Shown here one piece after another: positions 1 through 12,492 of a stretch of DNA of 64,000 nt (its first letter is position 1; each line of letters opens with the position of its first letter). A program made the position numbers and the translations under genes. The DNA comes from Mytilus trossulus (Eukaryota), in the NCBI RefSeq assembly GCF_036588685.1, contig NC_086381.1, positions 47,802,001-47,866,000 of the forward strand. The letters run 5' to 3'. Below the pieces are notes generated by a model, which searched no databases, was not told the DNA's origin, and worked only from the letters and a program-made list of their open reading frames with translations.

Positions 1-167
1 TATGCCTGAGGTAGAAAAGCCTTAGTTTTTCAAAAAAAACCAAAAAAAAACGGTAAACAGTAAATTAATAAATATAACCATATCAATGACAATTCATGTC
101 AGCACAAAAAGTGCTGACTACTGGGCTTGTGATACCCTCGGGGAAATAAATCTTCACCAGTAGTGGA
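1..167 (-). mobile_element. Retrozyme fragment running off the window start
   Basis: Reverse complement matches 53242-53400 and 30653-30760 (atttccccgagggtatcac.agccca...ggcttttctacctcagg). Confidence 0.85.
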
Positions 168-218
168 AAGATCGCTTTTATACTAATTTGATTGTATATA
201 GTCTAAAGCAATTCTTAC

Positions 219-442
219 CTGAATATGTTTTCCTTTAGTTATATTTTCCTCGATTAAATTAAATTCAAAAATCATATATTGTATCTATACATATATATTA
301 TATTGTTAAGTCGTCTCATATTGAATAAATATCACATTATAACACCAATTTCCTGCTGAAGAGGAGTTAATATTTATAATTCAATCTTCATTTATTTGTT
401 CAAATTATCGGTAACTCCTTCAAGTATATATTTTAAGGTTTT
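219..442 (-). pseudogene. Exon-like relic A (paralogs 35583-35802 and 54911-55152)
   Basis: Minus-strand cag acceptor and CAG|GTAAG donor at homologous positions in three copies. Lengths are 224/220/242 nt, with in-frame stops and no shared open frame. Confidence 0.35.
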
Positions 443-2073
443 CTGGAGCTATATAAATTGTTTTAAAAGTGGCAAAATAAGACGGATATCGATTTATGAA
501 TATACATCATTATAACGTAAACTATTAAATCAATGTAATAACTCCGACTCGAAAATAAAATTTTCAATTTCCATCTTTGTTCTGTATTGACCCAATCATA
601 ATGAAAATAGAAAAAAACAACAATGAAACTATTTTAGAATTGATAGACTACCATCCATATCAACATTCATACATCTGATTACAAGAAAACATTGAATATA
701 GTTGTTTTGCTTTGGAATAAGGAGAAGTATATCAGTTCGCTTATCATGTTTCATCTGATAACATATTTATTTTAGAAAACTTAAATATACCACAAAAAAG
801 TGATCTGCCTAAAAAAGATTAAAAAAGCAACATAAAGTAGTTTCAATTTAAATTTTGGCAGGTACTTTATCGAATTAGTTTTATTTTCGTGAATGAACAT
901 TTTTATAGTAATATTTCGTTGCTATCATCTTCGTGCTAAGCGATGCATAAAATTGTATCATATATTTTTTATCCAGCGTTTTTGCTGTTAGTTGCTATTA
1001 TAAACGAATAATTAGAAAGTATTTATATATATATTTGCATTACGTGTAAATTAATGGAATTCACTGTCGATTTATGAAATAAACACAATTTCTGTTCGTT
1101 CTACCTAATGATTATAATGATTATTATTCTTTAACATCAACCTTTAAATATTGGAAGATTGGAAATAGACACGCATCGTAATTCTAAATTGTATTAGAAC
1201 CGATATTACTTATTTCTTTTAGATCGTCAAACTGAAAAACGAGAATACCCGCAATGAAAACAGAACAAAATATCCAAAGAGGAAATGAAAAACCGATCTT
1301 ATGTGCAAAATTGTAATTTCTTATTATGCTTACCGGAGGTAGATGACTAGCTATTACACTAAACTCCACATTAAGTATTTAGAGTAGGACGATCTATTAT
1401 GTTATGTTCAAAATGTGAAACTCCTACAATTAGAAAAAGACAAGGACGTGATTACCGATTTAGTGGCTTTACAATTCTGTTTATTAATTTTACTGTCTGC
1501 ATATTATATAAAAACACACCTGCTTTAAAAAGATAGTTTTATTTATATAAATAAAAAACAAAGAGCTACCTATTCCACTTCTATAACTACTTCGGCCAAT
1601 TTAAACATATGTTACTGTAACGGTGAACCCAGGAACAAAATCTAGTAAATGTAATTAAAATATTTTAAGAGATCTCGGTGGCTGAATGTTCTAAGTCGTC
1701 TTCCTCATTAAGGAATATGGTAGATGAATTTCATCTAAATTCACTTAGTCTTTATTACAAACTTTTGAATAAGAAATGTCAAATAATTAATGTAACAGTG
1801 CTGACATGCCAGTAAGCCTGCACACATCCAGTAACGTATGACAGTGCTGTAACAGTACAAGGTATGAACCAAGTATATAATCAGTTTTTGAACCTTGAGA
1901 TCGACAGAAACATCAAAACGAGTAAAACATCTCAGATAAGAAAACAAAGCGTACGCTAACAATAATTGATAATTGAATTTAATGAAATGGTGTACCGACG
2001 TAATAAAGAGTCTGCGACAAGCATGGAATTGTGGAATTTAAACTACATGTAAATCAACATGATATCGCTTTAT

Positions 2074-2290
2074 GGTGGAGCAGTATCTGCTTACCCTTCC
2101 GGAGCACCTTAGCTCACCCCTAGTTTTTAGTGGGGTTCGTGTTGTTTATTCTTTGGTTTTCTATGTTGTGTCATGTGTACTATTGTTTGTCTGTTTGTCT
2201 TTTTATTTTTTTTCATTTTTAGCCATGGCGTTGTCAGTTTGTTTTAGATTTATGAGTTGGACTGCTTTGGTATCTTTCGTCCATCTTTTA
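2074..2290 (+). mobile_element. Family-1 PLE 3' fragment
   Basis: Matches 37240-37448 (gtggagcag..tctgcttacccttccggagcacc...ggtatctttcgtcc). Confidence 0.9.
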
Positions 2291-4167
2291 TGGTAGAACA
2301 CCTTAAATGATATTTATTTCATTTCAGGAAAAATCAATTTTGTAACTTATGAAGGCAATATTCAAGATGCGCGAAAGATATCAAAGGGATATTCAAACTC
2401 ATAGCTCGATAAAACAAATGACTTAAAAAGTAAAACTCTGAAACGACAAACATAAGAACACATGCACAGCGTAGATAACTAAACTAAGGACTGTGCATCA
2501 AGAACCCAACTGAATTAAGCGTGTTTTCAGATGATTCCAAAGGGTAATAATATTTAACCTCCGTATTGCTGGTTAATGCATCTGTCAATCATTAGAGTAA
2601 ATACCAAGATGTTAAAATTACTACAATCTATCACCGGTATATAATGAAGTTATGCAACCGACCATCTGCTGTTTTATTGCCGATGAAACTTGCATGCATA
2701 CAAATATGTATATAGTTTACATGCTGTAAAATATGCATAACACTAAGAGGTTTATTAATACAAAAATGTTTTTGCAAATAAATGTTATTACTAATGGGAG
2801 ATAAAAGCAGATTTGTTCTAGTGATTTCTATTTGCACTATACATTTCATTTGTAATAATGTTAACGATATCAAAATATAACAACGTTTCTAGATATATTA
2901 AGTTCTTTTTTCCCCCAAACATTTGTATATGATTAAAATAAGAGGCTTTGAGGAGCAATGGTTAACTAAAGAGAGACTTTATTCAAAACTGTTATATTTT
3001 TACATTGATTCATGCATGTTATATATTAAAATGATTACTGATAAATATTTCCATTTTATTTCATTTATTCTTGGTACACAAAATTTAGATTTTTTTTCTA
3101 AGTAGAACATAAATGATTATATGATTTTATTAATGAAAAACACAGGATTATTATTTTCATAACTACGATAAATAATAATTCCTTTGCTTGTTTCTATCAA
3201 ATTTGTAATTTCACACTTAATAAGACTTAACCGTCCCTCTGGTATCTTGCCCTTTTCTATCTAGAACCTACTGAGCTGGATTTCAGTTATATTGTAGGTA
3301 ACCCGAGTCTTGTCTTTTACTAAAAACACAGACGTTTTTTGTTGGTGTTTTTTTGGTAGAAGTAGTTATAGTGTCAGCTTTAAAAAAATAATAAGTTAAT
3401 ATATCCAATAATGTAAACTCTAAGAAATAATATCAGCACACTGCTAATTAAATTGTGAGTCTAACTTTAAATTGTTATAACTTAAAGTCAATAACATATG
3501 GTTAATCTTAATAAACGAAATCTTTATAAAGTTATCTAATATGTAGAAAATTCAATGTCAAAAAAGCATTAGAAGACGACGAAAATTGGTAAACACAACG
3601 TGTTGTGATAGGTAGGTTATGAAGCGCCAGCCCTAAACCCCTCATCCTTAAACACAGCCTCACAGCTCTCTAAAAAACGAAGGAAAATTACAACAATTTT
3701 GTGTTAGAATAATGACCTTTTTTTTCTTATTTGTGAGTACAAAATGTATCTCCCCTCTGCGTCCCAATATTAAATTCTTGATTCACGACGGTTAAATTTT
3801 TAAATTAGTAACGTAACACTTAACTTACCTTCAACAAATCTCAACGATTGTTCCAGTGTTAGTTTTTCTTATGTTTATTATCCAACTAGGAAAACTTCAC
3901 TGATTACATTTTTGCATTATTCAAAAGAATGTCTCGACGTATTAAAGATTAATAAAAAAGTAAGATCAATACTCAAAGCACGAACAGGTTGTGATAATAA
4001 CTGTACATATCATCAGGGAAAACTATTGGCGTTTTTTCTGATTACCGACCAGGGATTTGCATTCGAAAGGTATAAAAATGGTTTCAGTTTTACAGGCAAT
4101 AAAACAAAGATGCTGTATTTTTTTTATCAAATTATTAATAAATGTGATAACATACTTTTATATATAG

Positions 4168-4358
4168 ATTAGACCGTTGGTTTTCCCGTTTGAATGGTTT
4201 TACACTAGTACTTTTGGGGCCCTTTATAGCTTGTTGTTCGGTGTGAGCCAAGACTCCGTGTTGAAGGCCGCACTTTAACCTATAATGGTTTACTTTTTAA
4301 ATTATTATTTGGATGGAGAGTTGTCTCCTTGGCACTCACACCACATCTTCCTATATCT
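4168..4358 (+). mobile_element. Dispersed retroelement 3' fragment, family 3 (also 50198-50297 +, ~11790-11882 -)
   Basis: gtgttgaaggccg..ctttaacctataatggttt...ggatggagagttgtctc.ttggcactcacaccacatcttcctatatct recurs with a common 3' end. It is absent from paralogous sites. Confidence 0.75.
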
Positions 4359-5340
4359 TTTTAATATATTTTATTCATCTTTTTGAGATCAAATTTATTT
4401 ATTGACATTCACACTGCAAACTTTTACATTTAAAACCTGTAACGTTAGCCCGATTTGTACAAACAAATAGATATACTCATCAATTTTATTAAGTTTTGTA
4501 GCCAAAAAATTATATCTTGTAAAAATGATATTATTGTTCTGCCGTAACACATGGTTAATATAAATTCTAGTTCTAAAGTAATTTCCACTTGAAGGTTTAA
4601 ATGTGAACCATCTATATGTGATACATATATTTTCATAATGATGAACCACTGACTGCCTAAGACGGGTGCGCTTCAGCCATGCTTCAGTAGTTCTCTAATT
4701 CTGTTACCAACCTTGTCCCTCTATGAAGGGGTTGGGCTTTGTCTCTCCCAAAATGCGCCCCTGAAAACGACGACCCAAAGAATTCAACCATATTTAATCT
4801 TATATATGACATTACTATTAATCTAATTATCAATAATACAAAAGTTCCAGGTCGAATCATATCTGCATGTTCCTCCTCTGTCAGGCACACCGCTAAAACA
4901 GATTATTAAGGATTTGCTATATACACAGGTTACTAATATACCTTAAATTCGTTATTATACAGGGAATGGAAGTTCTCAATTTATGTATTGTTCCAAAAAT
5001 ATACCTACAGTAGTTTCTAGTTAAAATGAAAAAAGCAACAACGGATTCGCACAGAAATATTTAGAAAGCAGAGAAAAACCTCCACCTTATATATTACAAC
5101 AGCGCTATATTTAATGACAAAACCTAAACACTCAAGCTGAAAATACGGCTTAGGTATTTTAACTCAGTCTCGTTACTTCGACATTTTTTTTTTAATTTTG
5201 TAATAAAATGAAGGATTATAGTGAATCAGCAACCAATGCAACAAACACAAGTGAAGAACTCGGAATTCATATCTAAAATCTAATTGTATACACTACAAAG
5301 TCAAAAAGTCTGAGAAGACTAAATTGTTGTTTAAATTTGT

Positions 5341-5515
5341 CTGAATGTGTCCTGACTCATTCTTGACAGTGTAAAGGTTGTCTGAATACATCTCGACACA
5401 TTAATGACAGTTCTACATATCTCCTGACATTATCTCAACAGTATAGGTTTCGACTGAATTGTGTTAAGATAGTTATCAAACGTACCAGGATTATAAGACA
5501 CATTCCGCAGTGTTT
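5341..5515. repeat. Degenerate ~41-bp tandem repeat
   Basis: ctgaat......gac.catt...gacagt recurs at ~5341, 5382 and 5454. Confidence 0.5.
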
Positions 5516-8500
5516 AAGCACTTTTTTACACTGTTATATACTCATTTTATTATCGCGAAACTATACCGAGAAGAATCAAGAATTTGTATAGTGGGAATAT
5601 CCCAAATGACCTCCCCCCCCCTTCTCTCCCCTATTAAATTGTTTTTCACTTGTAATATGTGTCGAAGTTACTGACAAACAGCATTTGATACATTTGTCGG
5701 ACAAAACACAGCCTGTCATACTTGCTTTACGAAAAAGGGGGACTTGAGGCAGTTTAAGAATTTGACCTTGTGCATCTTTATACATGATGTTGCTTTGTTG
5801 TATTTGTATTTTCGCTGTACAACATCAATTGAACTGACAATCTTGCAAACAAAAACATCGAAGTAGGATCTGCATACTATTATGTGTTGACTATCGTATA
5901 CTAGAATACAAATAAGTGCATGTATGGGTGTCATACAGAAATACATTGATTGTGTAGCTCTCTGCACATTAAAACAACTACTTGTATATGGAAATAATAT
6001 ATCATGTATTATGGTTATACGTACAATTTGATTTTCTATTTTAGACAGAGGATTTTAAACCCCTACTGAGTATGAGATAACAATATAGTCCAAAAATAGG
6101 ACCATTAAACATAAAATCAGAGGACACGTTAAAAGATAGAAGTAACATGCAACACCTATTGACGAAATAGACTGACAACTGATATTTAAATGTACTGTTC
6201 TGTTCAAAGAAATCGACGAAAAATATTATTGCTTAACGTCTAAAATTCAATCTAAATATGTATAGACCAAATTTTTTTTCGATAGTATAATCATTGATTC
6301 ATTGGACATTATATCTCTATCAAATGCACTACAATTCATACCAGTGCTTGGTTTTACGTAACAAAGTGCAACAACTAAATTACCGTTCGTGATCACATTA
6401 TGCCGAAGAAGATTTATAAACTAAAGCTGCTGAACAAGGTTAATCTGATAATGTCATTTATTTGTTAACTTAAATATCAACATTAAATCAAGACTCTAGT
6501 TATATGTTCTGACTTTCAGTTCATTCATAACGATTTAGGATCTGCTAAGGACAATCATCGAATGCTAGATTACGTAATTTAGATTTAATGCAAAGTGAAA
6601 TTTCTGTTTAATCAAATGAGTAATACCTTACTGAAATTGAACTTTTTGTCATTTGTTATTAGGCGATACAATACGCCTCTATTACCATGATTAATAATTC
6701 TGCATCGATTAATCATATAATTCATTCAAATTTTAGAGTTTATTAAATGTGTATTAACTTAATTTATCTAAACCATTTCTGAAAATAAAGAATACAAAAA
6801 TGTGGAATGATTTCCTATGAGATACATCTCCGCAAGTCCATGTCTCAAGTAAAGTATTTTGACCATGGCGTGTATGGATAATGAGTTTGGTGATCAATTG
6901 TGGAATCGACCGACGAGGTTAGATGTAAGTTTTGATACTTAATTAATTTTCTGATATTTTTCTAGAAACACTAAACGCTATCGATGAAACTATTATTTTT
7001 CTTCTGTGATAATTTGTGACACACTTTCGTATTACATAAAGCTTTTTGAATGATACGGTTCAATGACAATATTATGGTATTAACAGTATAAAGTAATTAC
7101 AGTAAATATTCTATCAGTGATTTTATGGTTGTCAGTGTTTAAAGGCTTGTTCATTCATAAATTGGATTCTCACGATTACTGAAAACGTGATTAATAAGAC
7201 AGCAACGTGAACGTTCCTAGTATCATTTTAAAGAAAAAAGTTAATTTTTATTCGTACTTGTATTTTAAGTATAACTTTCATGAATGTCTGTTTTCAACGT
7301 GGTATACATTAAACTGAAATTAATCGGTTTTATATGGTTGCACGATGTGAAGTTTGAATATAAATCGTATATTAGGTCGAATGAACCTAGTCTTAATTTA
7401 CAACATTACTGTTTGAGTCATCAAACAGGTTATTGTGAAGCACAGCTGACAGTCTATTCAGGATTTTCTTATGAAAAAAAATATCTTATCACTAATTTAT
7501 TTGGTGTTTAAATTAATACTACCGGGTGTCATGTCATATCGAATATTAGGTCAGTTTCAATTAACATACTTACTGGTAGCCTACAACTCGGGTTCTTTTT
7601 TTATTAATCAAAATTTGCTTTTCCAACGACAATGAATAAAATAAATGTGTAGGCGATATAATTCTTATTTCTGGTTTATGTTTTTGATAGAGCGCCATTT
7701 GCATTTATTTACCTCTAATTTTGTTCATTTAATCAACATGTACAACAATTTTATCAAACAGGGTCTGTCCTTAGTTCATGGTCGTCGTATTTGTTTTTGT
7801 AAAACGTATTGTTATACGTCACGCAGTTACTTTTCCTAGTGTGATCTCTTTCACATATGTTGAATTTAGTTCTTTCATAGCTCATTGCAGTTAATTTTTA
7901 TTTTCAATATCAATGGTATTTGGAGATCTTTAATTGCTTTCATTTTCACCTTTTGAACTCTGATGAATAGTTGTGAATAAAACCACATCTCCTTATTTTT
8001 AAATATTGTGAACCGATGAATTTATAGTTGTAATCAATTTGTTGTTTTTTTATATATCAACTAGACTATGCCTTTAGTTCCATCAACGTAATCATTTCGT
8101 GTCTATAATTATTCATTTCCGAAACAAATAACTATATCTCTTTAAGGTACGATGATACATCCGGTTTGCTGGCCTGAACATCGGTCAAATTGATTGTGGC
8201 TTTATACATCTTCTACAAGCAGTACTTAAGACCTTAGGAAAAATATCAATTCACCGACAGTGAATGTCTATCCGGATAACTATGTGTTGAATTAGTTAAA
8301 ACAGCTAAAAGTCCTGATTTACAATTTGTTTTAAAAAGATGAAACAATAAGAAGTCCTTATGTTTTTTTTCTTCAGATAACAAGAAAAAAAAACCACACA
8401 CAAATATCTAAGGTTTCAAAATAACATTTGAAAATTCGGAGAAACAAAACAGGTTAATATATTACATAAATTGTGAAGCATTACTAAGGTATATGACATC

Positions 8501-9106
8501 ATATCTGTGCATAAAATACTCTGCGCTAGTTAAGCTTCCGTTAGAAAAACTTAAATAAAAAAAACATGTAAAACGTGCGTAAGCAAAGAAACCAAAATTG
8601 CTTAAAACAGAATGAATCGTTTCATCTGATTAAGTAACATTATTATATTAGTGCTTTTACATATTGTATGCATTTAACATAGGCTTTGCTTACTCATCAT
8701 TTATATTAGCTTTCCACATGGGAAAATAAGAAACATGATTCATTTGTAAAAATAAGATCCTTTTAAAAAGCTTAAAGATTTTTTCAAGTATCAATATTTT
8801 CACCATGTTGAATCAACGCTGTTCACGGCCGTGGAACAGAAATATAAAATGCAGTTGCATTTCTCAACTAGGATTTTTAAAGTTTGCATTGAAAGATTTC
8901 TTCATCTATTATAAAATAAAATGCTTTATCATGTTTATATAAGATTTTAAGGCTTTACAGGTTTGATACTCCGTTTAAGTGGTAGTGGCTTTTTGACGAT
9001 TGTCTTAATATTGTATTTCACTTTAAAAGCATAGCTGTAAAATATAAAAATGTACCTAATTGTGGATTGGTATACACTCAAACATCTCTTAATTGAACAC
9101 CAGGAA

Positions 9107-9567
9107 ATAGTTATCAAAGGATTATAATTGAATACGCCAAACGCACAGTGACACTCAGATCCAAATAAATATAAAGCCAAACCAAGTATTAAGTTAAAGA
9201 GCGTTTATAATCCAAAATTCAAAAAAGTTGTACCAAATACGGCTAAGATAATCTATTCCTGGCATAAAACAATCCTTTTTTTTCTCGAAAAATTAATTTT
9301 TTTTTAAACATGATTTTTATAAATTGACCATATAATTGTTATTTAAACACCGAAGTGCTGGCTACTGGACTACTGGCTACTGGACTGGTGATACCCTCTC
9401 GGACGAAACGTCCACCAGCAGTGGCATCGACCCAGGCTTGTAAATAGTTTTCAAAGGTACCAGGATTATAATGTAATAGGCCAGACGCGCATTTTGCCTA
9501 AAAAGACTCACCAGTGACGCTTAGATCAAAAAGGTTATATAGACAAACGAGTATAAAGTTGAAGACC
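9107..9567 (-). mobile_element. Retrozyme insertion (second subfamily), ~1.3 units, degenerate hammerhead at ~9479-9521
   Basis: Reverse complement reads gcgtca-ctggtga-gtctttttaggc-aaaat-gcgc-gtc-tggcc and shares gggtcgatgccactgctggtgg with the family. It is absent at the paralogous sites (~29060, ~43310). Confidence 0.8.
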
Positions 9568-12344
9568 AATTCATTTTATTTTATTTTATTGAAAACGTTT
9601 GAAATTTGTAGTAATTGCGGTAATTACTAATTTATGATATCCAAAAAATCAAACAGTAGTATGACTGGCTTCTACGTTGTAATACGCTTCACTGTATCGT
9701 CATATTCTGGTTTTTTCTAAGTGGATTGTTAAACGAATTGAGGGTGATCTAGCAACTCTACTATACAGAAGAAATTTGTACTTCACATTTGGTTTTATGT
9801 TACTAATAGATGACTTGGAGAATTATTTGTAACTTGACAGTGTAAAGTACGGCTTAACAAAAAAGGGATTGTATGTAGTCTCTAGTCGATAATTATGCTT
9901 AACACCAGTATTCTTAATTATCATATAATTAGAAACATAATACAAAACACTGTTTCCAAAGTATTTTGACATAACACTTACGATGTAACATTGGATGTGT
10001 TGAGCAATCTTGATGAGTAATATCTTACTTTATTAACTTACAGAGGAGTATTTACTATAGCTGTTAAATCGCAAAAAAAGCTGCGGATTCGTCAAACTTT
10101 CAAATTTGCTAGACAACGCATCAAATCCTTCAATCTGCAAGCGTTTCATATATTAACGAATAACTCCTGACGCTGCTTTTTTTTTAAAGCTTAGTCCGTA
10201 AACATATAATTTAATTTCAAATCTTGGATAATGCTCAAAATACATAAATATACTTTCAGATGTCAATGAATGTTTTGCATAAAACACACGAACTATTGGT
10301 TGCACAACACTTTCCTAAAGAGAAAAAGATAACATAAGTATTAGTTTAACAAATCCTACTGGATTAAAATGACGGGGTGTAAATGTCTTTTTACAACATA
10401 CTCAGAAAGGCAGACAACATGAATACATTGACATATTTGAATGAGATGTTGGACAGTGTTAATGGAAAATAAGAACGGGGGACGAAACACGAAAAAAACA
10501 GGGACCAGGGGAAGATGTGGTAAAAGACGGCATATGCTACATTGTAATGCCTGATTTTTGATACGAAGTGCGGATAAAGTGGGCATAGAGTAGAAAAGAG
10601 GGAGAATAACATGTAGAAGGACGGAGGACTGTGTTTAAGTACGGGAGTGCCTAATACGCATTTCCTCTTTATTCTCTTTTAAAAACTTTCAACATTTTCT
10701 TTATTTAAACGTTTAGTTGGAAAAGAGTGAGCCGAATATTATTCATCTCAGTCAGGAGCTGCAATTTTCGAACACAACGAGTACGCACATTTCTCTGTTA
10801 CGCATTGGAGAGAAAACATCATGAATGCCTGACATGTTTATTAACCCACATTAATGCACTTGTGTTCACAAATTGTCCGTACCTGGAATTGTGTGGTTTT
10901 AGTAATTCTTGTCTCTTTCAACATCCAAATTCTTATGTAATAAATTAAATAGATTTAAAATGAGATTTGTTCCATCTGTCGTTTCAAAATTCCAACAAAG
11001 CAAGCACTTTCACTTCAGTATATCTCATCTCATCAACCAACCCCTTTTAACATCAAATATTGATTACATTTGATTATAATAGTTATTCACTTGAAAAATT
11101 CAACCAACTATCGAGAATTCTTTATATTTCGTACACAACGGATACAGTGATAGCATCTGCTTTCCTTGTGGTTTAATGAAAAATGTTGTATTCAATCTTC
11201 CGATTAGATTGAGCATGACATTGCTCCTGGCAATATTGACAAACATTTGGTATATCAGAATATATCAAAATGCTTAAAACCTTAATTCAGACATATACAC
11301 TATACAAACAGCGACAACTAACAAAAAGGCTTTTGATACAAAAAAGCCAAATGCCTCCTTATTATTAAAGTATCAATTGTACTTAGTAAAAGAAGGAACA
11401 TGTTGAATACTACTAAGTATATAGAGTAAATTTAACATGACATGATATGAATCCAATTCTGAGCACTTGTGTTATCCATTATTAGTCCTTTGACTCTTTT
11501 CTCTCTGTCAACTTCTAAACGATTTTGATATAAATAATTGTATGAAATGTGGTGAACACGTCACTTAAGATTCCAATTATTTAAGCAACTTGGAGATATC
11601 TAAAGGTGACCATTTTCATGTTACAACCATCTAAATCAATATGTCTACAATACGCTCAGCTGTAAATCGACAAAAAAGATGGAAATTAGTCAGTAGATTT
11701 GACAAACACTTTCTCTTCATCTGCTTTTTCATTAACCTCTTTATGCATATTGAAAACATATTGTTACCATTAGTCATGCCTCGTCCTAATCGCCAATGAG
11801 ACAACATTCCATCCAAATAACGATTGATAAAAGTAGACCATTATAGGTCAATGTACGGCCTTCAACACGGATCTTGGCTCATAATGTTTGTTTGTGAGTT
11901 TTTAACACATTATTAGCTCGGTTTAAACAATGAAGACACCAAACCATACTAGTAAGGAAAAACACCTTACCATATAGTAATAAAAGGTATACGAAGAAAT
12001 ATTTACTGCAAAGTATATATTATTTTTTCTAGCTTAGCTCACTTCATGGTATGCAACATTATCATTAGAGAAGAGAATGTAAAACCTCAAATATCACCAT
12101 ACGATAAGGAATCGATTAACAATTTATCCGATAACGGTACGATATGAAATTATAGTCCACAGTTATTGCTGCATAAGGGTATGGTGACAAGGTATCATAT
12201 GAAAGGTTACAGGTTAATTAAACATTTCGTTATTATAGCGCAACGTTATGTATGTAAGTTATGATATATGTTGTAATTACTTAAGATATATCAAGAGATA
12301 TCAATGACATTTTAAAACTCTTATATTGAACGTAAAAACGACAA

Positions 12345-12492
12345 TATTTATCAGATACTAGACTTATAATTTGATATGCTTGACGCGCTTTTTTCGTCGA
12401 CAGAAAACTCATCAGCGACGCTGAGATTGAAATAATTGGTAGTACAACGCATAACGCATTAATGATTCAAAATTCCAAAAGACTATTCTCAG
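12345..12492 (-). mobile_element. Old retrozyme fragment with hammerhead core (paralog of 46798-46960)
   Basis: Reverse complement of 12376-12424: GCGUCG-CUGAUGA-GUU(UUCUGUC)GAC-GAAAAAA-GCGC-GUC-AAGC. Confidence 0.7.

Noticed and set aside
3912-4172. 86-aa plus-strand ORF in block D
   Set aside because: It is not open in the paralogous copies and ends inside a repeat insertion.
5716-6450. Long minus-strand frame with few stops as a coding exon
   Set aside because: Paralogous copies have indels that break this frame, and the translation has no recognisable motif.
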